From positions 349,078-413,077 of the forward strand of contig JBGASG010000005.1 in assembly GCA_044229845.1 (NCBI GenBank): 64,000 bases of DNA, written 5' to 3'. The notes under the pieces were generated by a model, which was not told the DNA's origin, made no database searches, and was given only the letters and a program-made list of their open reading frames with translations. Positions 47,969 through 58,447 of the stretch are shown piece by piece. This DNA is from Candidatus Obscuribacteraceae bacterium (GTDB lineage Bacteria; Cyanobacteriota; Vampirovibrionia; Obscuribacterales; Obscuribacteraceae). How positions within the stretch are numbered: the first letter of the stretch is position 1; every line of letters starts with the position of its first letter. The position numbers and the translations under genes are program-made.

Positions 47969-49404
47969 TTGTTGGCTTCGAGCGATTTACTGTGACTGCC
48001 GGTATCTGTTTTCGGCTTGGCATGCGAACCGGTCTCGGTGGTAGAGCCTTCGATCGGGAAGCCGGCACCGTTGGTTTCCACTTTCTCGGGTTCTTCCTTG
48101 ACCTTCTTCATCAGGCGCACTTTCAAGATGCGATGGCGGTCCGCTTCTTCAACCCAGAGCTGCGCTTGATCGTCTTCCACTTCGTCGCCGATCTTCGGCT
48201 CGCGTCCCAGCAAACCAAAAACGTGTCCGCCTACGGTGTTGAATTCTTCGTCTTCGATGTCTAAATCGAGAGCGTCATTCAGTTCGTCCAGCGACATTCT
48301 GGCGTCGATGACGAATGAACCGTCTTCGAGTTCTGATATGTATTCCTCGACGATTTCGTGTTCGTCGGCGATGTCACCGACCAGCTCTTCGATCAAATCT
48401 TCAATCGTGACCAGACCGCGCGTGCCGCCGTATTCGTCGACAACAATTGCCATGTGAGTCTTGGTCTTCTTGAATTCAGTGAGCAGATCGCCGACATCTT
48501 TATTCTCAGGAACAATCAAGATCTTGCGCGCGAATTCGCGAACAGGAGCGTTCTCCTTGTGTTCCACAAGAGCTCGCAACCCGTCGCGAATATGCACCGC
48601 ACCAAATATAGTATCGATATCTTCCTCGTAGATCGGCACTCGCGAATGCCCATGTTTGAGGGCCAGCTCGACGAATTGCTTAATATTGGCAGTAGCCGCC
48701 ACGCAGATCATGTCGGTACGCGGAGTCATGACCTCGTGAGCGACTGTGTGCGCGAAGTCGAAGACGCTGTGCAGCATCTCTTCTTCTTTCTCTTCAATGA
48801 CTCCCTCTTCATGACTTGCCGACACCAGCATCTTCAACTCCTCACCGGAGTGCACGAAATGGCGGCGCGGTGGCTCCTGGATGTTCATCAGTCTGAGCAC
48901 CAGCGCGGTGAAGCCGTTCAATATCTTGAGGAAAGGTGAAGTCAACCAGATCCAGAGTTTCATCCACCACATGAGCGCAAAGAGGACAGGCTCAGCACGC
49001 TGGAATGTAAGGGTCTTGGGAATCAGCTCACCAAATACGGTTTGCAAAAAGGCAGTGATACTGAACGCAGCAACAAAGGCAAATGCCTGAGCAATTGCCA
49101 GCGCATGACCGGACATCAAGCCCATGCGTTTGATCAACTCCGACAACTCGCTGGCGAAAGCTTCTTCACCGGTGGCACCCAAAGCCAGCGTGGCGAGCGT
49201 GATACCCAACTGACAGGCTGATATGAACCGGTCGGGATTATTCAGGTGCTCTTGAATTTCGAGCGCCATCTTGCCGCCTTCCGCCGCCAGTTGGTCGACG
49301 CGCGTTCTGCGAATGCGCGCCAATCCCATTTCGGCTGCCACGAAAAATGCGTTCAGGGCAATCAGAATAACGATTAAAACGACTTGTATACCAGCAGTTT
49401 CCAC
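47965..49404 (-). CDS. HlyC/CorC (CNNM-CBS-CorC) transporter
   Basis: NAFFVAAE, QLGITLA, GELIPK, VMTPR, HSRVPIY, VVDEYGGT.GLVTIEDLIEE. Confidence 0.93.
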   Translation of the reverse strand: METAGIQVVLIVILIALNAFFVAAEMGLARIRRTRVDQLAAEGGKMALEIQEHLNNPDRFISACQLGITLATLALGATGEEAFASELSELIKRMGLMSGHALAIAQAFAFVAAFSITAFLQTVFGELIPKTLTFQRAEPVLFALMWWMKLWIWLTSPFLKILNGFTALVLRLMNIQEPPRRHFVHSGEELKMLVSASHEEGVIEEKEEEMLHSVFDFAHTVAHEVMTPRTDMICVAATANIKQFVELALKHGHSRVPIYEEDIDTIFGAVHIRDGLRALVEHKENAPVREFARKILIVPENKDVGDLLTEFKKTKTHMAIVVDEYGGTRGLVTIEDLIEELVGDIADEHEIVEEYISELEDGSFVIDARMSLDELNDALDLDIEDEEFNTVGGHVFGLLGREPKIGDEVEDDQAQLWVEEADRHRILKVRLMKKVKEEPEKVETNGAGFPIEGSTTETGSHAKPKTDTGSHSKSLEANK

Positions 49405-49856
49405 TGCGATCCCGCGTTACGGCACTCCTTCTCGGGGTTACATCAGGGGCGCCAGGACTGTGTGTGTGCGCGTCAATCTTGCATCCCCCTGCTGGACATG
49501 CCGCACATTGAGAGGGATGCGGAAACTTATGAAGTTGAAATTACTCTGGGGTTCTTCCATTTACGGGTTCGCAAACTCTGGCAGGCGCCAGATTTCCTCT
49601 CAAGATATCCTATCATAAGCAGATCTGAATCTATAATCTTGTGAATATCGGTTTTTACACGCCAGTGCCGGTTTTCGGACACACGACTCTCGATTTCTTA
49701 GGGCATGATCATTAGCGATTGCTAGTGTCGTTAAAAAGACCCGATTTGTGCCGCCTGGCGAAACCTTTCTCGGCGTTATCAAGATATAATTCCCGCGCAC
49801 GTAAGACGCAGAGCCGCTCATGCGATAATCAAGTCGCTTGTTTGGCGAGGTGTGAG

Positions 49857-50336
49857 ATGTTGAATCGCGCGCAGATGCTGATAATGTTGTCCGGTCTGGT
49901 CTTTGTGACCGGAGTTGCCAGCCTGCCTGCTCAGGCTGAACGGGACAACAACAAGCGCCAGCTTGCTGTTTCGATTCCGGTTGCACCGGCAACAACTACC
50001 ATCAAACCGGCTGCCGTTCCAGTCAGAGCGAAATCCGCCGATGCGGTCGGTCTTCCGGACATGAAAGTGACGCCCGAAATGCAAAAGGCGTTCAACGATG
50101 GAGCCAAAACCGCGGGCGACCTCAGCAAAGTGGTCTTCCATAAGGCAGCTGATGTAGCTTCTTGGATGGGAGCAGTCTGGAAGAAGATTGATACCTCCCC
50201 GACCATCACGCCGTGCGGTGGACCCTACAGCGGCGAGACAGCGCTCGGACCGATGCGCCCACTCGAAGAGTGGGGACCCAACCACAAGGTTTTCTACACC
50301 AACGAACGGCGGATGAAGACCGTCACCAATCGCTGA
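49857..50336 (+). CDS. Hypothetical secreted protein
   Basis: GAGG RBS; signal peptide (AQA-E). Confidence 0.55.
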   Translation: MLNRAQMLIMLSGLVFVTGVASLPAQAERDNNKRQLAVSIPVAPATTTIKPAAVPVRAKSADAVGLPDMKVTPEMQKAFNDGAKTAGDLSKVVFHKAADVASWMGAVWKKIDTSPTITPCGGPYSGETALGPMRPLEEWGPNHKVFYTNERRMKTVTNR

Positions 50337-50342
50337 TATCGG

Positions 50343-51137
50343 TCAGGGATTGCGTTTTGTGCCACTGGGCCGAGGCAGATTGTCGGGCTTGCCGCCTTGG
50401 TCTGACTTCTTCTTGAGCGGCTTGACCTTGGCTGGGGTTAGTTTCGTCCATGCCTGGGTGAGAATGTCGGCCGACATCACCTGAGCCGCAAAGACGGTCG
50501 ACGGCACGAAAAAGACGCCAACTATGGTCAAGCTGGGCACTAGTACCGCCGCCCCGAACAGCCCCATGGACAGCAGCCAGGCTCCAACCAGACCAGAAGG
50601 ATCGCGCCAGGCGCGTTTCACCACCTCTCTGATGGCAAAACCTGCCTTCAGCTCCTCCTCAAGCGCGAAGTTAACCATCAAATACGACGCAAAAAACGAC
50701 GTCTTGAGCGCGCCTGCGATGATCAGAAGGACGCCGCCCGTGATCCAGAAATTGATTGTCTTCAGCGTCTCGAACTTCATGCCGATCATCACAACGACTG
50801 TGGCGAACCCCGCAAAGAGGCTCCAGTAGCCGAATTGCAGCGCCACCCAGGTCAAGCCGGAAACAAAAAGCTCGAGCCATTCGTTCCAATCCGGCAGCTT
50901 GTCTTCAACTTCCAGAGCGCGATAGCGAACGGCGCGCATCGAATATCCGGTCGTCAGCGCCGAGAGAGCCAGCAGGGCAGGAAACATCAGCGGGTTGGCG
51001 AGACCGGTGACCAGTCCGCCAGCGTTGATCATGCCACCAATGCCGGCCTTGAACATCCATTCAGGATCGCGGATAAAGCCTTTTACCGCCAGATCCGCAT
51101 CGAATGCCGGTCCTTCTCGACGAGCCACTACGCTCAT
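50343..51137 (-). CDS. DUF4013-like membrane protein
   Basis: DPEW..K, GY..R, LPDWNEW..LF..GL; ATGA overlap with surE. Confidence 0.75.
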   Translation of the reverse strand: MSVVARREGPAFDADLAVKGFIRDPEWMFKAGIGGMINAGGLVTGLANPLMFPALLALSALTTGYSMRAVRYRALEVEDKLPDWNEWLELFVSGLTWVALQFGYWSLFAGFATVVVMIGMKFETLKTINFWITGGVLLIIAGALKTSFFASYLMVNFALEEELKAGFAIREVVKRAWRDPSGLVGAWLLSMGLFGAAVLVPSLTIVGVFFVPSTVFAAQVMSADILTQAWTKLTPAKVKPLKKKSDQGGKPDNLPRPSGTKRNP

Positions 51138-51967
51138 TTGCTTTCTCGGTGCGCCTTCTGCTCGCCGACCGGTGCTGCCACGCCAAAGCCTTCCATCAGG
51201 TGCTTCAGCTCGTCCCAATGTTGCATCTTGCCCATCATGTCGGTGTCGGTCATGTTGAACTGAATCGGCGTCAACGAAATATAGTTGTGGAAGACTGCCC
51301 AGGCGTCGGTGTCTTCGGCCTCACCGCCCTCGATAGCTTCCCCGGCGAGCCAGTAGTACACCTTGCCGCGCGGGTCGACGCGTTTTTCAAAGTGATCGTT
51401 GTAGGCTCTGACACCAAGTTTGGTGACGCGCAGTCCCTTCAATTCGCCCTCGGAGGCGTTGGGAACGTTGATGTTGAGCAGCATGCGCTTAGCAAAGCGA
51501 GCACGCGGCAAAATCTTGATGAAACGAGCGACAAAGTCGGCTGCCAATTGATAGTTGCGGTTACCGCTGCCGCCCATGCTGACAGCAATGCTGGGTATGT
51601 CGAGAAACGCGCCTTCCATCGCCGCCGAAACCGTGCCCGAGTAGAGCACTTCCGAACCCAGGTTGGGACCAGCATTGATGCCGGATATGACGTAATCAAT
51701 CGGCTCCTTGAGCAGAGCACCGACCGCGAATTTCACACAGTCACTCGGCGTGCCGGTGGTGTACCAGGCGCCCTTCACCTTGGCATCAAGGTGCGCTTCT
51801 TCGACTCGCAGCGGCTTGTGCAGGGTGAGCGCGTGTCCCGTGGCGCTCCGCTCACGGTCAGGCGCACAGACAAAAACCTCGTTCGCGGCATCCTCAGCCA
51901 GCCTCTGAGCAAGCACCCGAATGCCACGAGCGCTGATGCCGTCGTCGTTGCTGACTAGAATCCTCAC
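51134..51967 (-). CDS. surE: 5'/3'-nucleotidase SurE
   Basis: ILVSNDDG, APDRERSATGH, GTPSDCV, SGINAGPNLG, YSGTVSAAMEG; GTG start after AAGGAG. Confidence 0.95.
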   Translation of the reverse strand: MRILVSNDDGISARGIRVLAQRLAEDAANEVFVCAPDRERSATGHALTLHKPLRVEEAHLDAKVKGAWYTTGTPSDCVKFAVGALLKEPIDYVISGINAGPNLGSEVLYSGTVSAAMEGAFLDIPSIAVSMGGSGNRNYQLAADFVARFIKILPRARFAKRMLLNINVPNASEGELKGLRVTKLGVRAYNDHFEKRVDPRGKVYYWLAGEAIEGGEAEDTDAWAVFHNYISLTPIQFNMTDTDMMGKMQHWDELKHLMEGFGVAAPVGEQKAHRESK

Positions 51968-52186
51968 GATAAACTCCTTGGTTTCGCTTCGGCCGCCCGC
52001 CGAGAACGCCTCTCGGCGCTCCAGTCGCGTAGCCGTCATTGTACACAATGCGGGCTTGCGGATAAGTAGCTGAATTAGTACGATCCATGGGTGTTTATTG
52101 GGTGCGCGCGGCTCTCTTATTGATGAGCTTTTTTTCAGCCGACGGCTGATTCAAAGACGACCCGGCAAAGCAGGGGCTTTTAGAAG

Positions 52187-53272
52187 ATGTTTGAAAAAAT
52201 CAGTGAACCGGTTCGTTTGTCATTTGCACAAGCTCAAGAAGAGGCGCAGCGTCTCAACAGCGAGAGCCTCAACTGCCAGCATTTGTTGCTCGCATTGACC
52301 AAACTGCAAGATGATGTAGTCACCAGTGCGCTCGCCGACATGAGCATCACCCACGATGCACTGCGCAAAGAAATCGATCGCGAAGTCAGTATGGCTGGTG
52401 GCAAAATCAACGCCGCACCACCCGCGATGCCGCACGCCAAACAAAAAGAACTCGATTACAGCGCCGGCGTCTATAAAGTTCTGGAGCGCGCACATCATTT
52501 CCAACTGTATCTTGGCCGCAAGCAAATGTTGCCGGAACACCTCTTGCTCTCGATCATCGAATGCGGTGAAGACGGTGTCCTGAAGGTCCTGGAAGAAATC
52601 GGCGCCAACGTCAATTTCTTGCGCCGCCAATTAATGGTGCTCGTCGCAAAACGCGATTGCTTCTCGCAAGAAACCTGCGGCATCTGCAAAACGCTGACCA
52701 CGGGACTCGGTCATCTGGTTTCGGAACATGCTCGCAGCGCCGAAGAACTGAAGGAACTGGCTGCCAAAATCGGCAAGCCTACTGAGCGCTTTTCGGAACG
52801 CAGCGAGATTGCGCTATTGATTTTCGTCAGCCACTTGCCTGAATTCCTGATGATGCAGGTAGCATTCCAGAGATACCTTCTGGAAGCAACTTTGAAGCTG
52901 GTTACGAGTCGCACCGGTACATTGGATCAAGAGATCAACGCAACATTGGTTTCTTCGTCGGCTCAAAACGTTCGCGCCGAAGTGCGCGCTGCGATCGAGC
53001 AAATCTGGAGTCACGAACTGCGGTTGTTCAATCAATTGCCGCACGAAGCGGAGCACGATCTGATCGGCGTGGTGATCGAAGATCTGTGGTGGACACACAG
53101 TGAAGAGATTGCAGTGCACGAAGTCTTTGATGAAGCCCTGGACGATCATCGTCGCCAGCAAATGCTTAACTTGCAGAAGCGTCGTCTGGAAATTGCCGAT
53201 CGCTTGTTCAAGCTGCGCATCCGGCTGGAAGAAGTCGTCAAAGAATCGCTTCTCAAAGCTATGTCGGTTTAA
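52187..53272 (+). CDS. Clp N-terminal repeat domain protein without an AAA+ module
   Basis: MFEK..E.V..S...AQEEA..L...QHLLLAL and a second PEHLLLSI repeat; no Walker A/B. Confidence 0.8.
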   Translation: MFEKISEPVRLSFAQAQEEAQRLNSESLNCQHLLLALTKLQDDVVTSALADMSITHDALRKEIDREVSMAGGKINAAPPAMPHAKQKELDYSAGVYKVLERAHHFQLYLGRKQMLPEHLLLSIIECGEDGVLKVLEEIGANVNFLRRQLMVLVAKRDCFSQETCGICKTLTTGLGHLVSEHARSAEELKELAAKIGKPTERFSERSEIALLIFVSHLPEFLMMQVAFQRYLLEATLKLVTSRTGTLDQEINATLVSSSAQNVRAEVRAAIEQIWSHELRLFNQLPHEAEHDLIGVVIEDLWWTHSEEIAVHEVFDEALDDHRRQQMLNLQKRRLEIADRLFKLRIRLEEVVKESLLKAMSV

Positions 53273-53357
53273 AGTCGAAACCAACGGCTACAATGCGCAA
53301 ATTCACCCCGGCGGCTGTGAAGTCACAGCTAGACTGTCAACGTCGCTGAAACTTCAC

Positions 53358-53756
53358 TTAATATTGGCTAAACGATTGGCTGGAATGGTGAAGTCGCACT
53401 TCAGCATGAATCCCACAAAGCGGACACTTGTTTGTTTTCTTGGGAATGCCGTCGACATGCCCATTGACTAGCGCCCACTTTGCCTGTGGCGTCAGCGCCA
53501 GCCGGTTGTCTACACTGGCTGTCTTTTTGCCTCGGTTCTGTTGGTTGACGCGCCGCACAGCGAGCAGCAGATTTTGGTAGCTTCTGAGCATCAGTTTCGT
53601 AAGGCTTCGCACCTTATTCCACCGGCGCTTGCACGTTGCACGGAACATTCTCTGCCTCAGTTTTCTGATAGACTCTTCAAAAGAGTCCCACGGAAGTAGA
53701 TCCCAATCGAGAGTTTGTCCTTCTGCTCCGATACCGTATTCGGTTCCATCTTTCAC
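53358..53756 (-). pseudogene. Group II intron-encoded protein fragment (RT0 joined to the start of HNH)
   Basis: W...IRKLRQRMFRA...KVRSLTKLMLRS...LLAVRRV...N.GKKTASVD, then KCPLCG...HH; no YADD. Confidence 0.8.
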
Positions 53757-54358
53757 AGTCGTTCGAATCCTTTGCTTTGATATTCCGCCGGACACCAACC
53801 GGAAGTCAGCCGCCTTGAGGCGTGAGCACAGCTCTATCGAAGCCATTACAGCTGCGCATTCGCTTTTTCCGGTCTCCTCTGCCCACTGGGCGATTATTCC
53901 TTAATCCTCACTTACGCTCGGATTACTCGTGAGCAACGAGAGCCCAATGGGTTTACCATGTTTCGCTCAAAACGATGTTCGATCAGTCCGAGTTCCGTCT
54001 GTGTTCCGGTGGGAGTTTTGCCTCCTCGCAGCGATCATCCCAATAACGGCTGCCGACCCACTTACCTTTTGGTTTCGGCGTATCAGCCAATTTCGCCGAT
54101 TCTCTCTATTACGGAACGTTCTTTTGCCGACGGTTCGCCCCTGCTAACCCGGCACCACCCGCGCCATCACCACTACTGATCTTCCTGTAGCGCTACTTCC
54201 ATGCTTTGGCTCACAGATTAGGCGCGTTCGTGGCTTGCTTACCGCCGTTTCATTACTTACACGGGCGGGAGCCGCGGTCAATGACCGTTTTACGTCAAGA
54301 CAGAGAGCGGAGGGTCTCTGGAGTTTTTCTCAATCATTTTGTGCGACCTCATGTCGCG
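53358..54358 (-). mobile_element. Group II intron remnant (5' RNA domains plus internally deleted IEP)
   Basis: Minus-strand 5' end CGCGACATGAGGTCGCAC (GTGCG-like stem); about 600 nt non-coding with group IIB-like motifs (GAAACATGGTAAACCC, GGCGGCTGAC); then an RT N-terminal ORF. No domain V/VI seen. Confidence 0.75.
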
Positions 54359-54359
54359 A

Positions 54360-55208
54360 TGGGATTGCGAAAATCGGCTGATTCAGATCACTTACCCCGG
54401 GATGAACAATAAGACAGAGATGACTTATTCTCCGACCGGGGGACGGGTGAAAATTGTGGAGACAGTTTCCGGCTCTGTAAACAGCACTAAACAGTTCATC
54501 GGAAGCGAGGAACGCGATGGCAGCGGCAATGTCGTCAAGCAATTCTTCTCGCGAGGGCAGCGAAATGGCTCTACAAACCTCTTCTACGCGAAGGATCATT
54601 TAGGCTCAGTCCGCACAATGACGGACGATTCAGGAGTTGTCCAAGCCTCCTTCGGCTTTGATACTTACGGAAGGTCAACCAAGCTTGAAGGCACCGCAGA
54701 TAGTGATTTCGGGTTTGCTGGGTACTACATTCACGCGAGAAGCGGCCTCAATTTAACCCGAAGCCGAGCCTACAGTGCTGCCCTTGGGCGGTTCATAAAT
54801 AGGGATCCAATTGAGGAAGCCGGTGGCTCCAACCTCTATCGCTATGCCCTGAACGATCCAGTCGACTTAGTAGACCCGTCAGGCATGTTTCCCATCATTC
54901 CTGTAGTGATCATCATTATCGTGACAGTTCCACTCGTAGGTTGCACAAAGAAACCTGATAATCCGTACAAGGACATGACCATTGAAGATATGGAGAAGGC
55001 TGGGCTCGATCAAAGCATCATAGACCAGGAAATCATTCGAAGGGGACAAGCTGCTGGTGAATCGCCGGAAGTGATTAGAAATGAACTGCAGAGGTCACAT
55101 CAACACCTCCAAGATAGACTGTATCAGCAGCAGGATGCTCAGCGTCAGCAGAATAAGTTACCTCCAACGAAAACCATCCTGGACAATTCCGGACGGCCAG
55201 TCCCCTGA
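54360..55208 (+). CDS. Orphan Rhs core C-terminal cassette 1 with variable tip
   Basis: WDCENRL, KDHLGSVR, RAYSAALGRFINRDPI, NLYRYALNDPVDLVDPSG; 5'-truncated, possible start at ATG 54402. Confidence 0.88.
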   Translation, partial: WDCENRLIQITYPGMNNKTEMTYSPTGGRVKIVETVSGSVNSTKQFIGSEERDGSGNVVKQFFSRGQRNGSTNLFYAKDHLGSVRTMTDDSGVVQASFGFDTYGRSTKLEGTADSDFGFAGYYIHARSGLNLTRSRAYSAALGRFINRDPIEEAGGSNLYRYALNDPVDLVDPSGMFPIIPVVIIIIVTVPLVGCTKKPDNPYKDMTIEDMEKAGLDQSIIDQEIIRRGQAAGESPEVIRNELQRSHQHLQDRLYQQQDAQRQQNKLPPTKTILDNSGRPVP

Positions 55209-55240
55209 GGCGAGGGTTGAGAGCGCAGGGTAGCGGCTGC

Positions 55241-55819
55241 CTAACGTAGTGCGGCCGCTGCCTTTTCGTTTCCTTGCAGGCGGTAGACATTCGCTAGCTG
55301 CATAGCAGCGATTCGAGTGTAAAAATGCTTCTCCCCGTAAGTCTGTTTCTTGACTTGGAGTTCCAGCTCATACAGCTTCTGTGCTTCAGGGTAGCGGCCA
55401 ACACGGCAATAGAGGTCTGCTAGATTGTTCATTGATGTGGTCGTTTCAGGATCTCTGTCTCCGAAAGCAGCTTTCCTGAGGCTGAGGGCCTGCTTGTAGA
55501 ACGGCTCGGATTCAGAATATCTCTCCTGTACTTTTAATATCGTGCCAAGCTGGTTCAAAATGAAAGCGCGCTGCCTTTGCTCCGCTGCGCTATCTGAGGT
55601 TTTCACCCTGAGTGCGAGAAGCCACATTGGTTCGACTTTCGCATAGTCTTTTTGGGTGTAAGCACGTAGTCCTTCGCTAAAGAAGTAATCGCCAATTCCA
55701 TCGCGCAACTGCTCAAGCAGAAACGGCGATAACGCAACCATCAAGCAAGCCCCTCCCACGGATAGAGCCGCATGTTTGCCGAGTGCAGGAATATGTACCG
55801 AGAAAGGCATCATTGTCAA
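55241..55819 (-). CDS. TPR protein with N-terminal TM, convergent on Rhs cassette 1
   Basis: LNQLG, ALSLRKAAFGDRDPETTTSMNNLA kinesin-type TPRs. Confidence 0.8.
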   Translation of the reverse strand: MTMMPFSVHIPALGKHAALSVGGACLMVALSPFLLEQLRDGIGDYFFSEGLRAYTQKDYAKVEPMWLLALRVKTSDSAAEQRQRAFILNQLGTILKVQERYSESEPFYKQALSLRKAAFGDRDPETTTSMNNLADLYCRVGRYPEAQKLYELELQVKKQTYGEKHFYTRIAAMQLANVYRLQGNEKAAAALR

Positions 55820-56551
55820 ACGGAACCTCCTACTAGACTAGGATATCAGGAAGCGGTGTCACTGGAAATGGGGGACTTACGAATTAAGACGGTTGCCGTT
55901 GATTACGGGAATAGCCTGCTGGTCGGCGATTCTGAACCCTGGCGATCTCGATCCTTCGATTTCAAATTTGCCGAAAGAGGCTTCAAGATTGGATGACTGT
56001 TCACGAATCGCCGCATCCGCGCGGGCGCCCTTTTGGACAGCGTAAAGGAGATTCGTTTGCTAGGGGCATTTCGGTCGCGAAACAAGCAGGTGCGCCTCCG
56101 TGACCTGTCGACTGACGATCTGTTTGTGCAAAGCATAGTCAATGTCGTCCTATTTTATGCACCATGCGAGCATCATTGCGAGTCGGGGCAGGATAATGAA
56201 ATGATACCAAATCGGCGAAAGCACCACGGGCGGTGCCTTTCCACGGTATCGTCCACGCCCTCCACGAATGCCAAATACCCTTGAGAGTCGCGCGCAGAGC
56301 CCTGAGCGGCATTCGCCCGTCGCTGGTGCGTCTCGGGACTCCCCTCCCGGGCTTTCTCTATTTACATCTCTCTGTCTGTGGTTAGCGGACACCATATATG
56401 GTGGCGCTCGGGAACTATCCGCTCTCTTGCACGTCGATGGGCGGTGACGAGTTCGCTCGTTTGTTCCTCCATTGCATTCAGTTGAGGAACCCCATGCAAG
56501 CCAAGCTTGCGACAACGTCCACGTGCAATGCACACGTGTTACGAGGTACGA

Positions 56552-56689
56552 ATGCGTTCACCGCAGTACTGTGTTCGGTTTCAACCGAAAGTCTCCGAAG
56601 AGATCCGCCGATTGGCAGAAGCGAACGGAGTTACACCCTCCAAGATGATTCAGGAGCTTGTCGTGTGCGTCCGGTTCTTCACGTCCTAG
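56552..56689 (+). pseudogene. Ribbon-helix-helix (CopG-like) small protein truncated by IS66
   Basis: GAGGT RBS; YCVRF..KVSEEIRRLAEANGVTPSKMIQELV; the last codons come from the IS end. Confidence 0.5.
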
Positions 56690-56728
56690 GAAATTAAGGC
56701 GTGGCGTGGTTTCCTAAGGTAGTGAAAT

Positions 56729-58265
56729 TCAGGAGACTTTGTTTTGGTTTGGCGTCCACCGGTCCGGAAGAAGCTGCTCAAGCTCGCTGGTCTTCATGGA
56801 GTTGATGCGCGTAAACACGTCGGTGAGGTATGCACGTGGGTCGATCTTGTTGCGCTTCGCAGAGGCAATGAGAGTCAGGAGAATGGCAATCGACTTGCCA
56901 GCGTCCGAGCCTGCGAACAGGAAATTCTTTCGATCAATCACGAAGTCTTTGATTTCTCGCTCGGCGGCGTTGTTGTCGATATTGATGGCAGGATCTTCGA
57001 GAAAGCGAGTGAGCGCCTGCCAGTGAGTGAGCGTGTACAGTACGGCGCGCATGACTGGATGTTTAGGGTTCAGTTTCTCACTAAGAGAGAGAACCAGGGC
57101 GTGAAGCTGCCCAACGGGTGGCTTCGATCGTGCTCGTCGCTCAGCCAGCTTCTCCGCAGGACTCCGCGTCTTGATCTCCGCTTCGATGTCGTAAAGTTCG
57201 TGATAGATGTCCAGGATCGGGTTGCAGCTTTGAGGATCAATCACCAGCGCTTCGTAGTACTTCCTGCGCGAATGGGCGTTACAACCGGCCTCGACTTTGG
57301 TGCCATCCTCGTACAGCTTGTCGAAGCCCTTTGCGGCGTCGGCTTGTACGATGCCGACAAACTGTTCGAGGAATGCAATGTTCCTGGTGAAGGTTTGATC
57401 GGGAGAGAAGTCGAAGGCTACAAACCTGTGATTCTCATCCCCGCGGTAAACAGTCATTTTGCCTTTGCGCATTTTTCGCTTGTGCTTCCGGTCCTGGATC
57501 TTAAGTTCGATGTCGTCCGTCTGTATTACGCGAGAAAGGAGCAGGCGTCGAGTAACGAGATCGTACAGAGGTTCAACAGTAAACGAGGCAGCCAGCATCC
57601 AGTCACTTTGAGTGGACCGCGGTATGGTGGCACTTTCGCGTTTGTATCTTTTCTCCTGTCTGTAGTTTGGAAGCCCGTCTGCAAGCTTGTTCACACAGAC
57701 GTCCGCGAGCAGTCCAGGTCCGGCGTAGCTGCCGGGGTGGCGAACAAGGTTTTCTGCGGTGACGATGTACTTCCTACACTTCGGGCACGCCCGAACTTCC
57801 TGCTCATGCTGCAGATGTTTGAGCGTTTGAGTCAAGCGCTCCAACTGGTGGGTCACTTCGGTGCCGACGAAAACGGTGTCAACGATGCAGTGGGGACAGG
57901 TTGCATCTTCCGGCTTAACGGTATGCGGAACAATCTCCGGGGGAAGGTTTTGCGAGAGAATGTGCTTGATGTGATTGCGTGGTTTTGGAGTCGACTTTTC
58001 CTTAGCCGTCAGAGGAGACAATTCGACAGCGAGTGCCGGCCGCGGATTGTGTCGTTCAGTCTTGTTGCCAAAGTCCTTGCGATTCCGTTTTTTGAATTGG
58101 ACGATAAGGATGTCGAGTTTTTCTGGAGATCCTTCATGACGCGCGCAGCTCTTTGTTGGCGTCATTAGCTTCTTGGAGCTGCTTCTCCATGCGGTCCAGC
58201 GACTTTTGGAGCCGGGCATTTTCTTTTCTGAGGCGCGTATTTTCGGAATGTTCGGATTTTGGCAC
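56729..58265 (-). pseudogene. tnpC: IS66 DDE transposase TnpC, frameshifted near the N-terminus
   Basis: Coiled-coil start (GTG 58265) stops in another frame before KDFGNKTE; CPHC/CPKC, GLPNYRQ, QAD, CNAHSRRK, IDNNAAER, LEQLLP..W. Confidence 0.85.
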
Positions 58266-58447
58266 GGCAAATACCTGAGTGGTACCGTATATGGTACTAC
58301 TCGGGTGAGCAAATTGCAGCTTAGATCTAGCTGATCCAGCTTACACCACACGTGGTGGCGACATTACCTGCCAGCGTCCGAAAAGGAGGTATTATGTTTT
58401 ACTCCGCGTTTCTCGGAAGTGCCACCGGATGGCGATCGGATATTTGC

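Noticed and set aside
46805..47995. 396-aa plus-strand ORF (likewise 754-1584, 1641-2480, 9491-10405, 20353-21261, 43592-44479, 51104-51958)
   Set aside because: These overlap well-supported genes in other frames or strands and have no recognisable motifs; expected in GC-rich DNA.
53358..53846. Retron, DGR or defence reverse transcriptase
   Set aside because: Only the group II RT0 segment is present; no YADD core and no TR/VR pair.
55820..56550. Short ORFs between the TPR gene and the RHH remnant
   Set aside because: No motifs or convincing RBS; likely degraded or non-coding sequence.
56744..58168. 474-aa plus-strand ORF
   Set aside because: Antisense shadow of tnpC with no motifs.
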